From IMG/VR virus record IMGVR_UViG_2684622542_000012: 39,564 bases of DNA. One strand, given 5' to 3'. The notes beneath the pieces are model-generated. The model did no database searches and had not been told where the DNA came from. It was given only the letters and a program-made list of their open reading frames with translations. Of this stretch, positions 8,939-18,616 are shown in pieces. How positions within the stretch are numbered: position 1 is the first letter of the stretch; each line of letters starts with the position of its first letter. The DNA comes from a virus. Lineage: Duplodnaviria > Heunggongvirae > Uroviricota > Caudoviricetes. The position numbers were made by a program, and so were the translations under genes.

Positions 8939-9796
8939 ATGCTGTTTGTGCTTATTCTAAGCCACCGGGCAGCATCATACGGGGCAATTATGGCCGCATT
9001 ACCATACATGCAACTGTACATAGCTGATTACCTGGCTGACACCATGCATTTGTCAGCAGAGGAGCATGGTGCGTATTTGTTGCTGATGTTCAATTACTGG
9101 CAAACAGGAAAGCCAATACCTAAAAACAGGCTGGCAAAAATTGCCCGTCTGACTAACGAGCGATGGGCTGATGTTGAACCATCCTTGCAGGAGTTTTTTT
9201 GCGATAACGGCGAGGAATGGGTGCATCTTCGGATTGAGGAAGATCTGGCATCAGTCAGGGAAAAATTAACCAAAAAATCAGCCGCAGGAAAAGCATCTGT
9301 TCAGGCCAGAAGAAGCAGAAAGGAAGCAGATGTTCAAACAAAACAAGAGAGAAATTTAACAGGTGTTCAAACAGATGTTGAAGTGGTGTTTGAACATGAT
9401 GTCAACACAAAGGCAACTAATAAAGATACAGATAAAGATCTAAAAACAGATCCCCCCCTAAATCCCCCCCGGGGGAATCGAGGTGTCAAAAAGTTTGACC
9501 CTCTGGATATTGCTTTGCCGAACTGGATTTCTGTCTCGCTTTGGCGTGAGTGGGTTGAATTTCGCCAGGCATTGCGAAAACCGATTCGAACGGAGCAGGG
9601 CGCTAACGGGGCGATACGGGAGCTGGAAAAATTCCGCCAGCAGGGTTTTTCACCTGAGCAGGTGATTCGACACAGCATCGCCAATGAATACCAGGGCTTG
9701 TTCGCGCCGAAAGGTGTTCGACCTGAGACGTTACTCCGACAGGTTAACACCGTCTCGTTACCGGATAGTGCGATCCCGCCAGGCTTCAGGGGGTAA
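8939..9796 (+). CDS. ydaU: YdaU replication protein (DUF1376, O-like position), 285 aa
   Basis: MLFVLILSHRAASYGAIMAALPYMQLYIADYLADTMHLSAEEHGAYLLLMFNYWQTGKPIPKNRLAKIARL... Placed between the immunity region and the DnaC-like gene. Confidence 0.8.
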   Translation: MLFVLILSHRAASYGAIMAALPYMQLYIADYLADTMHLSAEEHGAYLLLMFNYWQTGKPIPKNRLAKIARLTNERWADVEPSLQEFFCDNGEEWVHLRIEEDLASVREKLTKKSAAGKASVQARRSRKEADVQTKQERNLTGVQTDVEVVFEHDVNTKATNKDTDKDLKTDPPLNPPRGNRGVKKFDPLDIALPNWISVSLWREWVEFRQALRKPIRTEQGANGAIRELEKFRQQGFSPEQVIRHSIANEYQGLFAPKGVRPETLLRQVNTVSLPDSAIPPGFRG

Positions 9797-9802
9797 CTGA
9801 CC

Positions 9803-10549
9803 ATGAAAAATATTGCGACAGGCGACGTTCTTGAACGTATCCGCAGACTGGCCCCGTCACATGTAACCGCGCCATTCAAGACGGTAGCGGAGTGGCGCGA
9901 GTGGCAACTTTCCGAAGGCCAGAAACGTTGTGAGGAGATCAACCGTCAGAATCGTCAGTTGCGGGTGGAAAAAATTCTGAATCGCTCTGGCATCCAGCCA
10001 TTGCACCGCAAATGCTCGTTTTCGAATTACCAGGTGCAGAACGAAGCGCAGCGATACGCGTTGAGTCAGGCGAAATCCATCGCTGATGAACTGATGACCG
10101 GGTGTACAAATTTTGCGTTCAGCGGAAAACCTGGTACCGGGAAGAACCACTTAGCGGCAGCTATCGGGAATCGCCTGCTGAAAGACGGTCAGACAGTGAT
10201 TGTGGTTACCGTGGCTGATGTTATGAGTGCCCTGCACGCCAGCTATGACGATGGGCAGTCAGGCGAAAAATTTTTGCGGGAACTATGCGAAGTGGATCTG
10301 CTGGTTCTTGATGAAATTGGCATTCAGCGCGAGACGAAAAACGAGCAGGTGGTGCTGCACCAGATTGTTGATCGCCGGACAGCGTCGATGCGCAGCGTGG
10401 GGATGCTGACAAACCTGAACTATGAGGCCATGAAAACATTGCTCGGCGAGCGGATTATGGATCGCATGACCATGAACGGCGGGCGATGGGTGAATTTTAA
10501 CTGGGAGAGCTGGCGTCCGAATGTCGTCCAGCCAGGAATTGAGAAGTAA
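9803..10549 (+). CDS. ydaV: YdaV DnaC-like helicase loader (AAA+ ATPase)
   Basis: Walker A motif [17 protein letters not shown] and Walker B LLVLDEIG. Position equivalent to lambda P. Confidence 0.8.
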   Translation: MKNIATGDVLERIRRLAPSHVTAPFKTVAEWREWQLSEGQKRCEEINRQNRQLRVEKILNRSGIQPLHRKCSFSNYQVQNEAQRYALSQAKSIADELMTGCTNFAFSGKPGTGKNHLAAAIGNRLLKDGQTVIVVTVADVMSALHASYDDGQSGEKFLRELCEVDLLVLDEIGIQRETKNEQVVLHQIVDRRTASMRSVGMLTNLNYEAMKTLLGERIMDRMTMNGGRWVNFNWESWRPNVVQPGIEK

Positions 10550-10571
10550 TTTTTACCGGGAGGAAATTTTT

Positions 10572-11333
10572 ATGGAGACTGTTTTTGACGCACTGAAAGC
10601 AATGGGAAAAGCCACATCCATAGAACTTGCTGCGCGACTTGATATCAGTCGTGAAGAAGTGCTGAACGAACTATGGGAACTGAAAAAAGCTGGTTTCGTT
10701 GATAAAAGCGCGTACACCTGGCGTGTGGCTGATAACAACGTTCAGCAGGAACAGCCAATGCAGGCAGAACTGCCGGAAGAAACCACCACGGCAACTGTAG
10801 TGAAAATCTCAGAGTGCGATTTAACCGCGACGATTGAACAACGCGGACCACAAACGGCGGATGAACTGGCTACGCTGTTCGGTACAACATCCCGCAAAGT
10901 TGCTTCAACGCTGGCAATGGCAATCAGCAAAGGACGCCTGATTCGCGTAAACCAGAACAGTAAATTTCGTTACTGCATGCCGGGCGATAATTTACCAGCA
11001 GAGCCGAAAGCTGCATCGGTAGCGGAAACTGATGGTAAAGCCTTTCCTCAGCCAGCCGGTGTTGCGTTACCAGTACAGGAAGCGGCAACACAGGAAGATA
11101 TTAAAACAGAAACTGTGGCGGACATTGTGCAGTCGCTGCCATCGTTTACTGAAACGCAAGCGGATGACCTAGTTTTACCATCGCTGCATATGGCAAACCG
11201 CGAACTGCGTCGGGCGAAAAATCATGTCCAGAAGTGGGAGCGAGTCTGCGCCGCGCTGCGGGAGCTGAACAAGCACCGGGATATTGTCCGACAGATTGTC
11301 GATTCCTCCAGTCGTATTGTGTCGGAAAAGTGA
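10572..11333 (+). CDS. ydaW: YdaW-like protein with N-terminal winged helix (DUF1627-like)
   Basis: [46 protein letters not shown]... followed by a low-complexity acidic/Q-rich region. Start chosen at the ATG preceded by ggaggaaatttttATG. Confidence 0.6.
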   Translation: METVFDALKAMGKATSIELAARLDISREEVLNELWELKKAGFVDKSAYTWRVADNNVQQEQPMQAELPEETTTATVVKISECDLTATIEQRGPQTADELATLFGTTSRKVASTLAMAISKGRLIRVNQNSKFRYCMPGDNLPAEPKAASVAETDGKAFPQPAGVALPVQEAATQEDIKTETVADIVQSLPSFTETQADDLVLPSLHMANRELRRAKNHVQKWERVCAALRELNKHRDIVRQIVDSSSRIVSEK

Positions 11334-11348
11334 TTGCCGGAGGCGCTT

Positions 11349-11765
11349 ATGGCAAAAGTTTTTACACAGGAAGAGCGTGAAAAAATTAAGGAGCAGGTTG
11401 TTGAGTTGGTACGCCAGAGTGGGCGCGAGACGTTAAGGCAACTGGAGGCCAAGACAGGTGCGACAAGATATCTGATGAGCATTCTTGCCAGAGAGTTGGT
11501 TGCCAGTGGCGATGTATACAACTCTGGCTATGGGTTATTCCCGTCTGAACAGGCTCGTAAGGATTGGAAAAACGCCCGCAAAAAACTATCCAGGGCAAAG
11601 GTGAAAAAAACGGTTGTGGTTGATCCTGACCTTATCTGGTCATTACCAGACGGAGAAATACGCCGCTATGACAGGCGTCAGAACATAATCTGTCGCGAGT
11701 GCCGGAAGAGTGAAGTTATGAAACGTGTACTGGCATTTTATCAAGGAAATCTTCGGTATTTATAG
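11349..11765 (+). CDS. Hypothetical early-region protein
   Basis: ORF MAKVFTQEEREKIKEQVVELVRQSGRETLRQLEAKTGATRY... with GGAGG Shine-Dalgarno 6 nt before the ATG. GC content is phage-like. No recognisable family. Confidence 0.5.
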   Translation: MAKVFTQEEREKIKEQVVELVRQSGRETLRQLEAKTGATRYLMSILARELVASGDVYNSGYGLFPSEQARKDWKNARKKLSRAKVKKTVVVDPDLIWSLPDGEIRRYDRRQNIICRECRKSEVMKRVLAFYQGNLRYL

Positions 11766-11903
11766 ACGTTACTAGATCAAAGAGCATTAGTTCATATGTA
11801 AATTGACATTTTTCTGGCACAGGGGAGAGCTAGCGTGGTTGTCCGCTTTGTGCCAATAGCGGACATTGCTGGCTCATGGTATGTTAGTTTAAGGAGGCAG
11901 GTT

Positions 11904-12926
11904 ATGCCCTGTATTTCGCTGTGGTATAATAGTTGCGCAATTGATACAAGGGAGCGTTACATCGTGAAAATTGTTTTCGAGGTTAATGGAAAGAAAGTTC
12001 CACTAAAATCTTTAAAATACATAAGCAAAAAAGATCAACTCGAAGTAATGAAAAACTGGTTCTTTGAAAACTTTGAAGATCCGGCAAATGCTTGTCCGTA
12101 TGAAAGTAGAGAAGGTGGCTATGCTTACATATATGGCGGGCCGTATGATGCGAGCGAAGAACTACAATCCATCTTCGGTCAATATGTTAAATCTGAGTAT
12201 ATTGAGGAATTAGTAGATGAATTACAAACACAATGTTTTGACTGGTCTGGAAACTCAAATAATATAGATGATTGGTACGATGATGATATCTACGACGCTG
12301 TAACGTCTTCCGGTAATCCGTATTTAAAATTCATTGATAATATCGATAAAATAAAAAAACTTGCAAAAGATAAAACTGAACAACAGCAAAAAAACCACTT
12401 GCTTAGTTTGCTCTACACGAATGTTATTACAGCTTTGGAAACGCTTTATGTTGAGCTATTCATTAATTCTATAGAGAAAGATGATGTCTACATAGCCAAT
12501 TGTATAGAAAAAGGTAAGACTGAATTTAAAGTAAGCAAAGATATTGCTGCGTTGCCTTTCAAGGGTGAACCCATCGAGAAAATTAGGGGAGAGCTAATCA
12601 GGTCAATCAAGGAACACTTGATCAGTGCAAGCTGGCATAGCACTAAAAAGGTAATCGACCGCTATGAAGCTACATTCGATATAAAAGTACAAAAAGACTG
12701 TCCGATAGAAGCTATTGAATTGGCAACCCTCAATCGAAATCACTTAGTGCATCGTGGTGGAAAGGATAAAGAAGGGAACCTCGTAGTGATTACAGACCAG
12801 GATCTTGAAACGCTGATTGAAAATGCATCGAACCTGGCAATTATGCTCTACAACAGTTTAAATGTAGCAACGAATAAAACCACCATTTTGCAACCAGATG
12901 ACAAACCGTTCATTCATGAATTTTAA
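11904..12926 (+). CDS. Hypothetical protein A of AT-rich accessory cassette (about 340 aa)
   Basis: Strong RBS ttTAAGGAGGcaggttATG at 11904. Alternative GTG start at 11964 preceded by aagggag and an extended -10-like TGgTATAAT at about 11922-11930. Visibly AT-rich, Lys/Asn/Ile-rich coding. No family recognised. Confidence 0.55.
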   Translation: MPCISLWYNSCAIDTRERYIVKIVFEVNGKKVPLKSLKYISKKDQLEVMKNWFFENFEDPANACPYESREGGYAYIYGGPYDASEELQSIFGQYVKSEYIEELVDELQTQCFDWSGNSNNIDDWYDDDIYDAVTSSGNPYLKFIDNIDKIKKLAKDKTEQQQKNHLLSLLYTNVITALETLYVELFINSIEKDDVYIANCIEKGKTEFKVSKDIAALPFKGEPIEKIRGELIRSIKEHLISASWHSTKKVIDRYEATFDIKVQKDCPIEAIELATLNRNHLVHRGGKDKEGNLVVITDQDLETLIENASNLAIMLYNSLNVATNKTTILQPDDKPFIHEF

Positions 12927-12941
12927 TAGCGCAGGTCATAC

Positions 12942-13943
12942 ATGGATATTCGCACACGAAAGACAAAATTTTTAGAGTCGTTAGATTCAACTGAAGTGAT
13001 ACGCAAAGCAGTAAGTCTCGCTATAGATTGCATTATTGATAATCATAATAGTAATGAAGATACCCCCTTAGTTATTACCAGCTATGATGATCTCTGTAGA
13101 ATCCAGGTGCTAAATTATGTACAGGAGTTTTGCGAAGCTGCATTCCCTGATATGGATGAATATTACTTTAGTCCTAACATACTTCGCATCAACGGCAAGA
13201 CTAGTGAAGAAGCTTGTATTAACTTAATTAAACTCTTAAGAAGTACAAAAGGCATGCTATTCTGGTCCGATGCCCCATCGTGGTTCGCTAGCCTCCCCGA
13301 CGGATTATTCCATGTTGTTAACATTGATCAAAAAATCGTTACTCGCGGCCTTAATAAGAAAAACTCTAAGCCGACAATAATCAATAAAGATTACAGTGTA
13401 GATACACTACTATCAGAGCTATTTTTGAATGGCGCACACATGGAGCAACCCAACGTACACAACGTTTCTGAGGGAAACATGAAGTTCTATGATGAATGCC
13501 ATGCTGGATTAATCAGACCAATACCCGCTCCAATAGGCGCGTCATACGATGAAGAGATCACAATTAATTCTCCAGATTGGCAAAAGCTCGCGTGTGTAGC
13601 TTTACGCCGCTATCAGTCGAAGGAATGTCATGACGGAATGCAATGGGATACAACCGATCATGGTTGGACTGATGTAATCGCGTATCCATTCGTCGAAGAA
13701 ATACAATCAATGGATAATAGTGGTTATCGACAATGTTTAGTTGGGCTGGTCACAATAAACAATTCAAATGCAAATTCTCCGTACCTATCTACCGTTTGGA
13801 TACATCCATTTTATCGCAGGAGAGGGTTATTAAGTAAGTTATGGCCAAAATTACAAGAGTTATATGGAAGTAACTTCGAAATTGAGCGACCTAATGAAAA
13901 TATGAAAGCATTTCTGAAAAGTGCGAAACACGCAGATTACTAA
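12942..13943 (+). CDS. Hypothetical protein B of AT-rich cassette with GNAT-acetyltransferase-like C-terminal motif
   Basis: 333-aa ORF 15 bp after protein A. C-terminal segment ...QCLVGLVTINNSNANSPYLSTVWIHPFYRRRGLLSKLWPKLQELYG resembles the GNAT motif-A strand-helix (h-x-P-x-Y-R-x-x-G). AT-rich like gene A. Confidence 0.55.
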   Translation: MDIRTRKTKFLESLDSTEVIRKAVSLAIDCIIDNHNSNEDTPLVITSYDDLCRIQVLNYVQEFCEAAFPDMDEYYFSPNILRINGKTSEEACINLIKLLRSTKGMLFWSDAPSWFASLPDGLFHVVNIDQKIVTRGLNKKNSKPTIINKDYSVDTLLSELFLNGAHMEQPNVHNVSEGNMKFYDECHAGLIRPIPAPIGASYDEEITINSPDWQKLACVALRRYQSKECHDGMQWDTTDHGWTDVIAYPFVEEIQSMDNSGYRQCLVGLVTINNSNANSPYLSTVWIHPFYRRRGLLSKLWPKLQELYGSNFEIERPNENMKAFLKSAKHADY

Positions 13944-14496
13944 TTTATGAATCAGTCTGTGGAGTTAGGGTTGGTGTGAACAAGTAGGGTAAGAGCCTCA
14001 ACGTGATGCTATGCCGACCTGCTCCCTGAGAATTCACACAGAAGGCTGCTAGCAATGTCTGCAGATCGCTCAAAGCGGACTAAAATGTTGGCTTGTTTCT
14101 GACTTAGAGCATTTAAGGAAGTGCTGGTGGTGACTGGTTGTTGTGTTCCATTTCTACAGAATAAAATCACAGAAACTATACCCAATAGTTGTATTGAATC
14201 ACTGACGAGACAGCCTCATATTTATCAGGACTGGTGTGCGTCTAATACAGGGGGTTGTCGTGCTGGTTCTCAAATGTGCGCTGGCTATTGCGGCTGTAAT
14301 GGCAATTTATTGTCTTGCTGTTGTTCTTATGGAGCGGCTTTCTGATTGATTACATACTGGCTAGAAAAAAGGTGTTACCTTGGTTTATCTTTGTCCGGCA
14401 AGGTGCGCTCATTAATCTTAAGTAAATTTATTGCTCAAGTATTCAGATTACTTCTTATGGTTGAAGTCTCCTGTCAATGTAGAACCAATATATTTA

Positions 14497-14533
14497 CAAA
14501 AATGAGACCCGTCGGGGATAGCCCTGCCGGGTC
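14497..14533 (-). terminator. Putative intrinsic terminator for the yeaR-like gene
   Basis: On the minus strand: agacccggcagggctatccccgacgggtct followed by cattttt, just downstream of the stop at 14564-14566. Confidence 0.5.
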
Positions 14534-14563
14534 TGACTGTTAAAGCATTTTTAATATGATCAT

Positions 14564-14902
14564 CTATTTTTTGGTGCTATAGACTTTTTCGCCCGAAAAG
14601 TCTGGAGCGACCCAAAAGTTAATATTAAACTGAGCATCATCGCTTAGTTCAACACGGTGCCAGTATTGTGGTGGGCTTGTTGCAAAAGCGCCAGCATTAA
14701 TGACTACTTTTATCTCCGGTTCAGTAGCATTCTCATCAGTAAAACCATAATATGTTACAGTGCCTTCCATTACGCACAACTGCCCAAAAACACCTGCTGC
14801 TGTATTATGATGTGTTAATAACGCTGAAGGTACGTTCTCTTTTGTGAAGAACGGAGTTGAGCGTTTGATTACCCAATCTTTAGGAATTCTCTTGTGTGTC
14901 AT
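14564..14902 (-). CDS. YeaR-like DUF1971 protein (TehB N-terminal-like domain)
   Basis: MTHKRIPKDWVIKRSTPFFTKENVPS...LCVMEGTVTYYGFTDENATEPE...AGAFATSPPQYWHRVE...FNINFWVAP follows the E. coli YeaR pattern as I recall it (RSTPFW...VMHG.V.Y.G..DE..EP...AG.FA..PP..WH...FNI.F.VAP). GGAGG Shine-Dalgarno before ATG at 14902. Opposite orientation to surrounding phage genes. Confidence 0.7.
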   Translation of the reverse strand: MTHKRIPKDWVIKRSTPFFTKENVPSALLTHHNTAAGVFGQLCVMEGTVTYYGFTDENATEPEIKVVINAGAFATSPPQYWHRVELSDDAQFNINFWVAPDFSGEKVYSTKK

Positions 14903-15715
14903 AACCACCTCCTCCAAAACATGCATTAAAAATGCATCTTTTGGAGGGTTATGTCAAGCTGTTATGAAACACATAATTGATATGTTGATTAGAGGAGAAG
15001 ATAGAATAAATATGGTTGTTTTTCGTATAACTATTTGTTTTACTTTTAGTTTATGCATTCTGTGTGTTAGGAATAAGTTATTAAAGTTTAATCAAAAAAT
15101 CTCGATGTAGTCCACATAGATTACTGTTACTGAACCTTATTGTGTGTATTAGTTGTGTTCTGAAATTTCAGCTTAATTATTTATGATGTATTTTTTAACG
15201 ATAAATATTTTCCCAGGATACCTTTACTGTGTATATAAATAAATTATATACGCATAAATAATGTAAAGGCGTCCTTTTAGATATATCTTATCAAATGTTA
15301 ATGACTTGAGTGGGAAATATGATTCCAGCAACTTATCATGTGGCTACTTTATAAAAATAATGCCCATATAAAACAACAAGCGAAAAGGATTACGGATAAA
15401 AAAGGAGCGAGATGTGCGAACTTGTTATTTTCCATGTTTAACCACCTTAAATAATTGATGATGACGGGATGATTGCATCTGTAATGCTTTTATTGAAATG
15501 TTATGATAAAAAAGAACTTTTGCATAACATTAAAATGTAATTTATCTAATCGTTTTTAATAATAAGTGTCGTATTTCTATCCTTGTACCAGCTATTTGAT
15601 ATGTAGTGTTTGTTCATGCTATGTGGGGCTTTACACCATAGCCAGTTTATTTATACTTTATTCGTCAGCCTGAACAACTGGCATCTGCTGCGCTGCGCCA
15701 TCGAGAGATTGAGAA

Positions 15716-16315
15716 ATGGCGCATATACAACTGGTCAAACAAACCTCTTCTGGTTTACTTCTCCCGGCGACGCCGGAGAGTTGCGATTTTCTGCATCAAA
15801 TCAAAATAGGTGAGTGGATACACGCAGACTTTAAGCGTGTGCGTAACTACGCATTCCACAAGCGTTTTTTCAAACTCCTGCAACTGGGATTCGATTACTG
15901 GACTCCGGTCGGTGGGGCGATCACGCCTCGCGAACGAGAACTGCTGTCTGGTTTCGTTGATTACCTGTGCGAATCAGTTGGTCGGGAACACACGCCAGCC
16001 CTGAGTGATGCCGCAGAGCAATACCTTAACACCGTTGCGACTCGTAGAACCCGGGATACGGCGTTGCTAAAGTCGTTTGAGGCTTTCCGCGAGTGGGTAA
16101 CCATTCAGGCCGGATTTTACACCGAGCATATTTATCCGGACGGTAGCCGTGGGCGTCGGGCAAAATCCATCGCTTTTGCGAATATGGACGAAGTCGAGTT
16201 TCAGCAGGTTTATAAATCTGTACTGAATGTGCTGTGGAACTGGATTCTGTTCCGTAAATTCTCCTCTCAGGAGGAAGTTGAAAATGTGGCCGCACAACTA
16301 CTGGAGTTTGCGTAA
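15716..16315 (+). CDS. DUF1367 protein (YbcN-like nin-region protein)
   Basis: MAHIQLVKQTSSGLLLPATPESCDFLHQIKIGEWIHADFKRVRNYAFHKRFFKLLQLGFDYWTP... resembles the YbcN family found upstream of Q in DLP12-type prophages. Confidence 0.7.
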   Translation: MAHIQLVKQTSSGLLLPATPESCDFLHQIKIGEWIHADFKRVRNYAFHKRFFKLLQLGFDYWTPVGGAITPRERELLSGFVDYLCESVGREHTPALSDAAEQYLNTVATRRTRDTALLKSFEAFREWVTIQAGFYTEHIYPDGSRGRRAKSIAFANMDEVEFQQVYKSVLNVLWNWILFRKFSSQEEVENVAAQLLEFA

Positions 16316-16605
16316 TGGTGAATTTACGTAAAGCGGCTAAAGGCCAGATGTGCCAGATCAGAATCCCTGGCTACTGCAATCACAATCCCGAAACCTCTGT
16401 GCTGGCGCATTACAGGCTGGCGGGGACGTGCGGAACAGCGACAAAACCACATGATATGCAGGCGGCGATAGCCTGTAGCTCATGCCACGATCTAATCGAC
16501 GGGCGGGTAAAAACCAGCGATTACACCAAAGAAGAATTGCGCCTGATGCATGCTGAAGGGGTTTTTCGCACACAAGAAATCTGGAGAAAGAAAGGTCATT
16601 TATGA
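16315..16605 (+). CDS. DUF1364 protein (YbcO-like, Cys/His zinc-binding putative nuclease)
   Basis: 96-aa ORF with CQIRIPGYCNHNPETSVLAHYR...ACSSCHD motif. Overlapping start/stop with neighbours, as in nin operons. Confidence 0.7.
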   Translation: MVNLRKAAKGQMCQIRIPGYCNHNPETSVLAHYRLAGTCGTATKPHDMQAAIACSSCHDLIDGRVKTSDYTKEELRLMHAEGVFRTQEIWRKKGHL

Positions 16606-17144
16606 TTTACCCAACGAATACAGGAAAAAGCGGAGAACACCTTCGCCTCACCACGCTGGAAAGTGTCTGGATTCAGGGAAAACTACGTATGTGGGGGCGC
16701 TGGTCGTATATTGGCGGTGGCAGGTCAGGGAATATGTTCAATCAGTTGTTGGCATCCAAAAAACTGACGAAAACAGCCATTAATGAAGCCCTGCGCAGAA
16801 TGAAAAAAGCGGGAATAGAGAAAGCTGAGCTGGAAGCGTTTTTGCGAGAGATGATCAACGGCAAGCAAAAGAGCTGGCTGGCGCATTGTACTGATGCAGA
16901 GGCGTTATGTATTGATCGAGTCATAAGTGAGGTGCTGGCAGAGCATCCAGGATTGATTTGCATTCTCCGGCAACGCTATGAAGGGCGGGGGATGACTAAG
17001 CGCAAAATGGCTGAATTGCTAAATGATGCACACCCAGAGTGGTGTTTTAGCACATGCGAAAAACGGATTGCTAATTGGTTAGCTGTTGCTGAGTATGCCC
17101 TATATATTCCCATGCGTGAATCATTTGCTGAGAAAATGGCTTGA
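16602..17144 (+). CDS. Putative late-gene antiterminator Q-like protein
   Basis: 180-aa ORF last in the nin-like operon, directly upstream of a strong intrinsic terminator and the lysis cassette. Assignment is positional plus weak family resemblance. Confidence 0.55.
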   Translation: MIYPTNTGKSGEHLRLTTLESVWIQGKLRMWGRWSYIGGGRSGNMFNQLLASKKLTKTAINEALRRMKKAGIEKAELEAFLREMINGKQKSWLAHCTDAEALCIDRVISEVLAEHPGLICILRQRYEGRGMTKRKMAELLNDAHPEWCFSTCEKRIANWLAVAEYALYIPMRESFAEKMA

Positions 17145-17224
17145 TTTCTTACGTATAAACTGCTTCAATTTTGCTATGCTTCGCAAAGCTGTATCGCGAG
17201 GCGGATTGCAGACATGGACATCGT

Positions 17225-17251
17225 AAAAAAACCGCTTAATGCGGTTTTTTT
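17225..17251 (+). terminator. Rho-independent terminator (tR'-like, downstream of Q)
   Basis: aaaaaaACCGCttaatGCGGTttttttt: 5-bp GC stem, 5-nt loop, T7 run, about 80 bp after the Q-like stop. Confidence 0.7.
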
Positions 17252-18128
17252 ACGTCAGGAAAGCAGGGGAGAATGCTGCTAGTTGGGCAACTGGTCTTTC
17301 TGCTCCAAATTATAACAGAGACCAGTTATAGTTTCGGTGCTGTGTTTTTTTTACAATATTGTGATAACACATTGCTGGCGGGAGTTTTGATATTTCTTGG
17401 CAGGGGCTGATGATGCGTTATCCTGATGTCGTCAACTCATATAAAATGAGATGAGAGATCATTGCAGGGTGGTTTGTAATNNNNNNNNNNNNNNNNNNNN
17501 NNNNNNNNNNNNNNNNNNNNNNNNNNNNNNNNNNNNNNNNNNNNNNNNNNNNNNNNNNNNNNNNNNNNNNNNNNNNNNNNNNNNNNNNNNNNNNNNNNNN
17601 NNNNNNNNNNNNNNNNNNNNNNNNNNNNNNNNNNNNNNNNNNNNNNNNNNNNNNNNNNNNNNNNNNNNNNNNNNNNNNNNNNNNNNNNNNNNNNNNNNNN
17701 NNNNNNNNNNNNNNNNNNNNNNNNNNNNNNNNNNGTATGATGAGTATTTTTTGTTTTCCTTTTTTCCAGTCATCTGATGATGACCTGCTTCTTTTTAATC
17801 CGGATCGACATCAGTTTTTTAAGATAATTCCTGCGAGTTATATGCATAAATGCCACAAACTCCGCATTTTATGTGGTTGGGAGTTGCCGGGCGCGCAGTG
17901 AGTTTGCTAAGAAAACTCCTGCATGGTGAATCCCCCTGTGCGGTGGGGTGATACCATTAACCTTTTCTGTCGCCGACAGGTATCACGAACATTTTGTTCA
18001 CCGGGAGGCACCCGGCACCATGCACTTCAATAGATTCTCTCCACATTATGGATATTCTTTCAGAATATCCCACGCAGACTTTGTGTAAATGTTAACAAAT
18101 GTGCGTTTTATTTGATCTGATTCGCTGT

Positions 18129-18158
18129 TTGAGCGTCCAAAACAACGGTATATATAAT
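18129..18158 (+). promoter_or_regulatory. Putative sigma70 promoter for the TolA-like lipoprotein gene
   Basis: TTGAGC (18129-18134), 18-bp spacer, TATAAT (18153-18158), followed by RBS gtgAGGAaaa and ATG at 18188. Confidence 0.4.
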
Positions 18159-18187
18159 CCTTTACTATATGACATATGTGAGGAAAA

Positions 18188-18616
18188 ATGGGTTTTCGTA
18201 GCGCATCAATTCTTACGTTGATTATTAGTGGGATTATTATCGGGTGCACTGATGCTGTATCGACAAATTATCATGACCGTACATCATATTACTCCGATAA
18301 AGCAATAGAGACACAGTATGTGAGTTCATCTGAACGTACTTCTGATGTTAGTGAGGATATCCGTCTGTATGCCCATCAAATCAAGAGCGCCATCGAAAAA
18401 CAGTTCGGGGATGCGAGTAAGTATTCAGGAAAAGAGTGTACACTGAGAATGCATATGGCCCCGAATGGCCTTCTACTGGAGGTTAAAAGAGAAAGTGGAG
18501 ACCTCGATTTATGTCGTGAAGCGATGAATGCGATAAAGAATGCTGATATACCTGCCCCCCCTTCGCCGGAAGTATATAAAGTATTTCAAAATGGGGTGCT
18601 GGATTTTAAACCCTGA
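18188..18616 (+). CDS. Lipoprotein with TolA C-terminal domain III-like fold
   Basis: Signal peptide with lipobox IIGC. C-terminal region YAHQIKSAIEKQFGDASKYSGKECTLRMHMAPNGLLLEVKRESGDLDLCREAMNAIKNADIPAPPSPEVYKVFQNGVLDFKP is colinear with the recalled E. coli TolA C-terminus (YAGQIKSAIESKFYDASSYAGKTCTLRIKLAPDG...PPSQAVYEVFKNAPLDFKP). Confidence 0.75.
   Translation: MGFRSASILTLIISGIIIGCTDAVSTNYHDRTSYYSDKAIETQYVSSSERTSDVSEDIRLYAHQIKSAIEKQFGDASKYSGKECTLRMHMAPNGLLLEVKRESGDLDLCREAMNAIKNADIPAPPSPEVYKVFQNGVLDFKP

Noticed and set aside
9367-10439. Minus-strand ORFs (up to 191 aa) overlapping ydaU and ydaV
   Set aside because: Antisense to replication genes that carry clear motifs (Walker A/B), with no start signals. 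Shadow ORFs.
17985-18025. CCGGG-aggca-CCCGG hairpin and short minus-strand ORF 18046-18249 upstream of the TolA-like gene
   Set aside because: Short stem with no T-run. The ORF overlaps the predicted promoter and the lipoprotein start and has no RBS. Probably non-functional.
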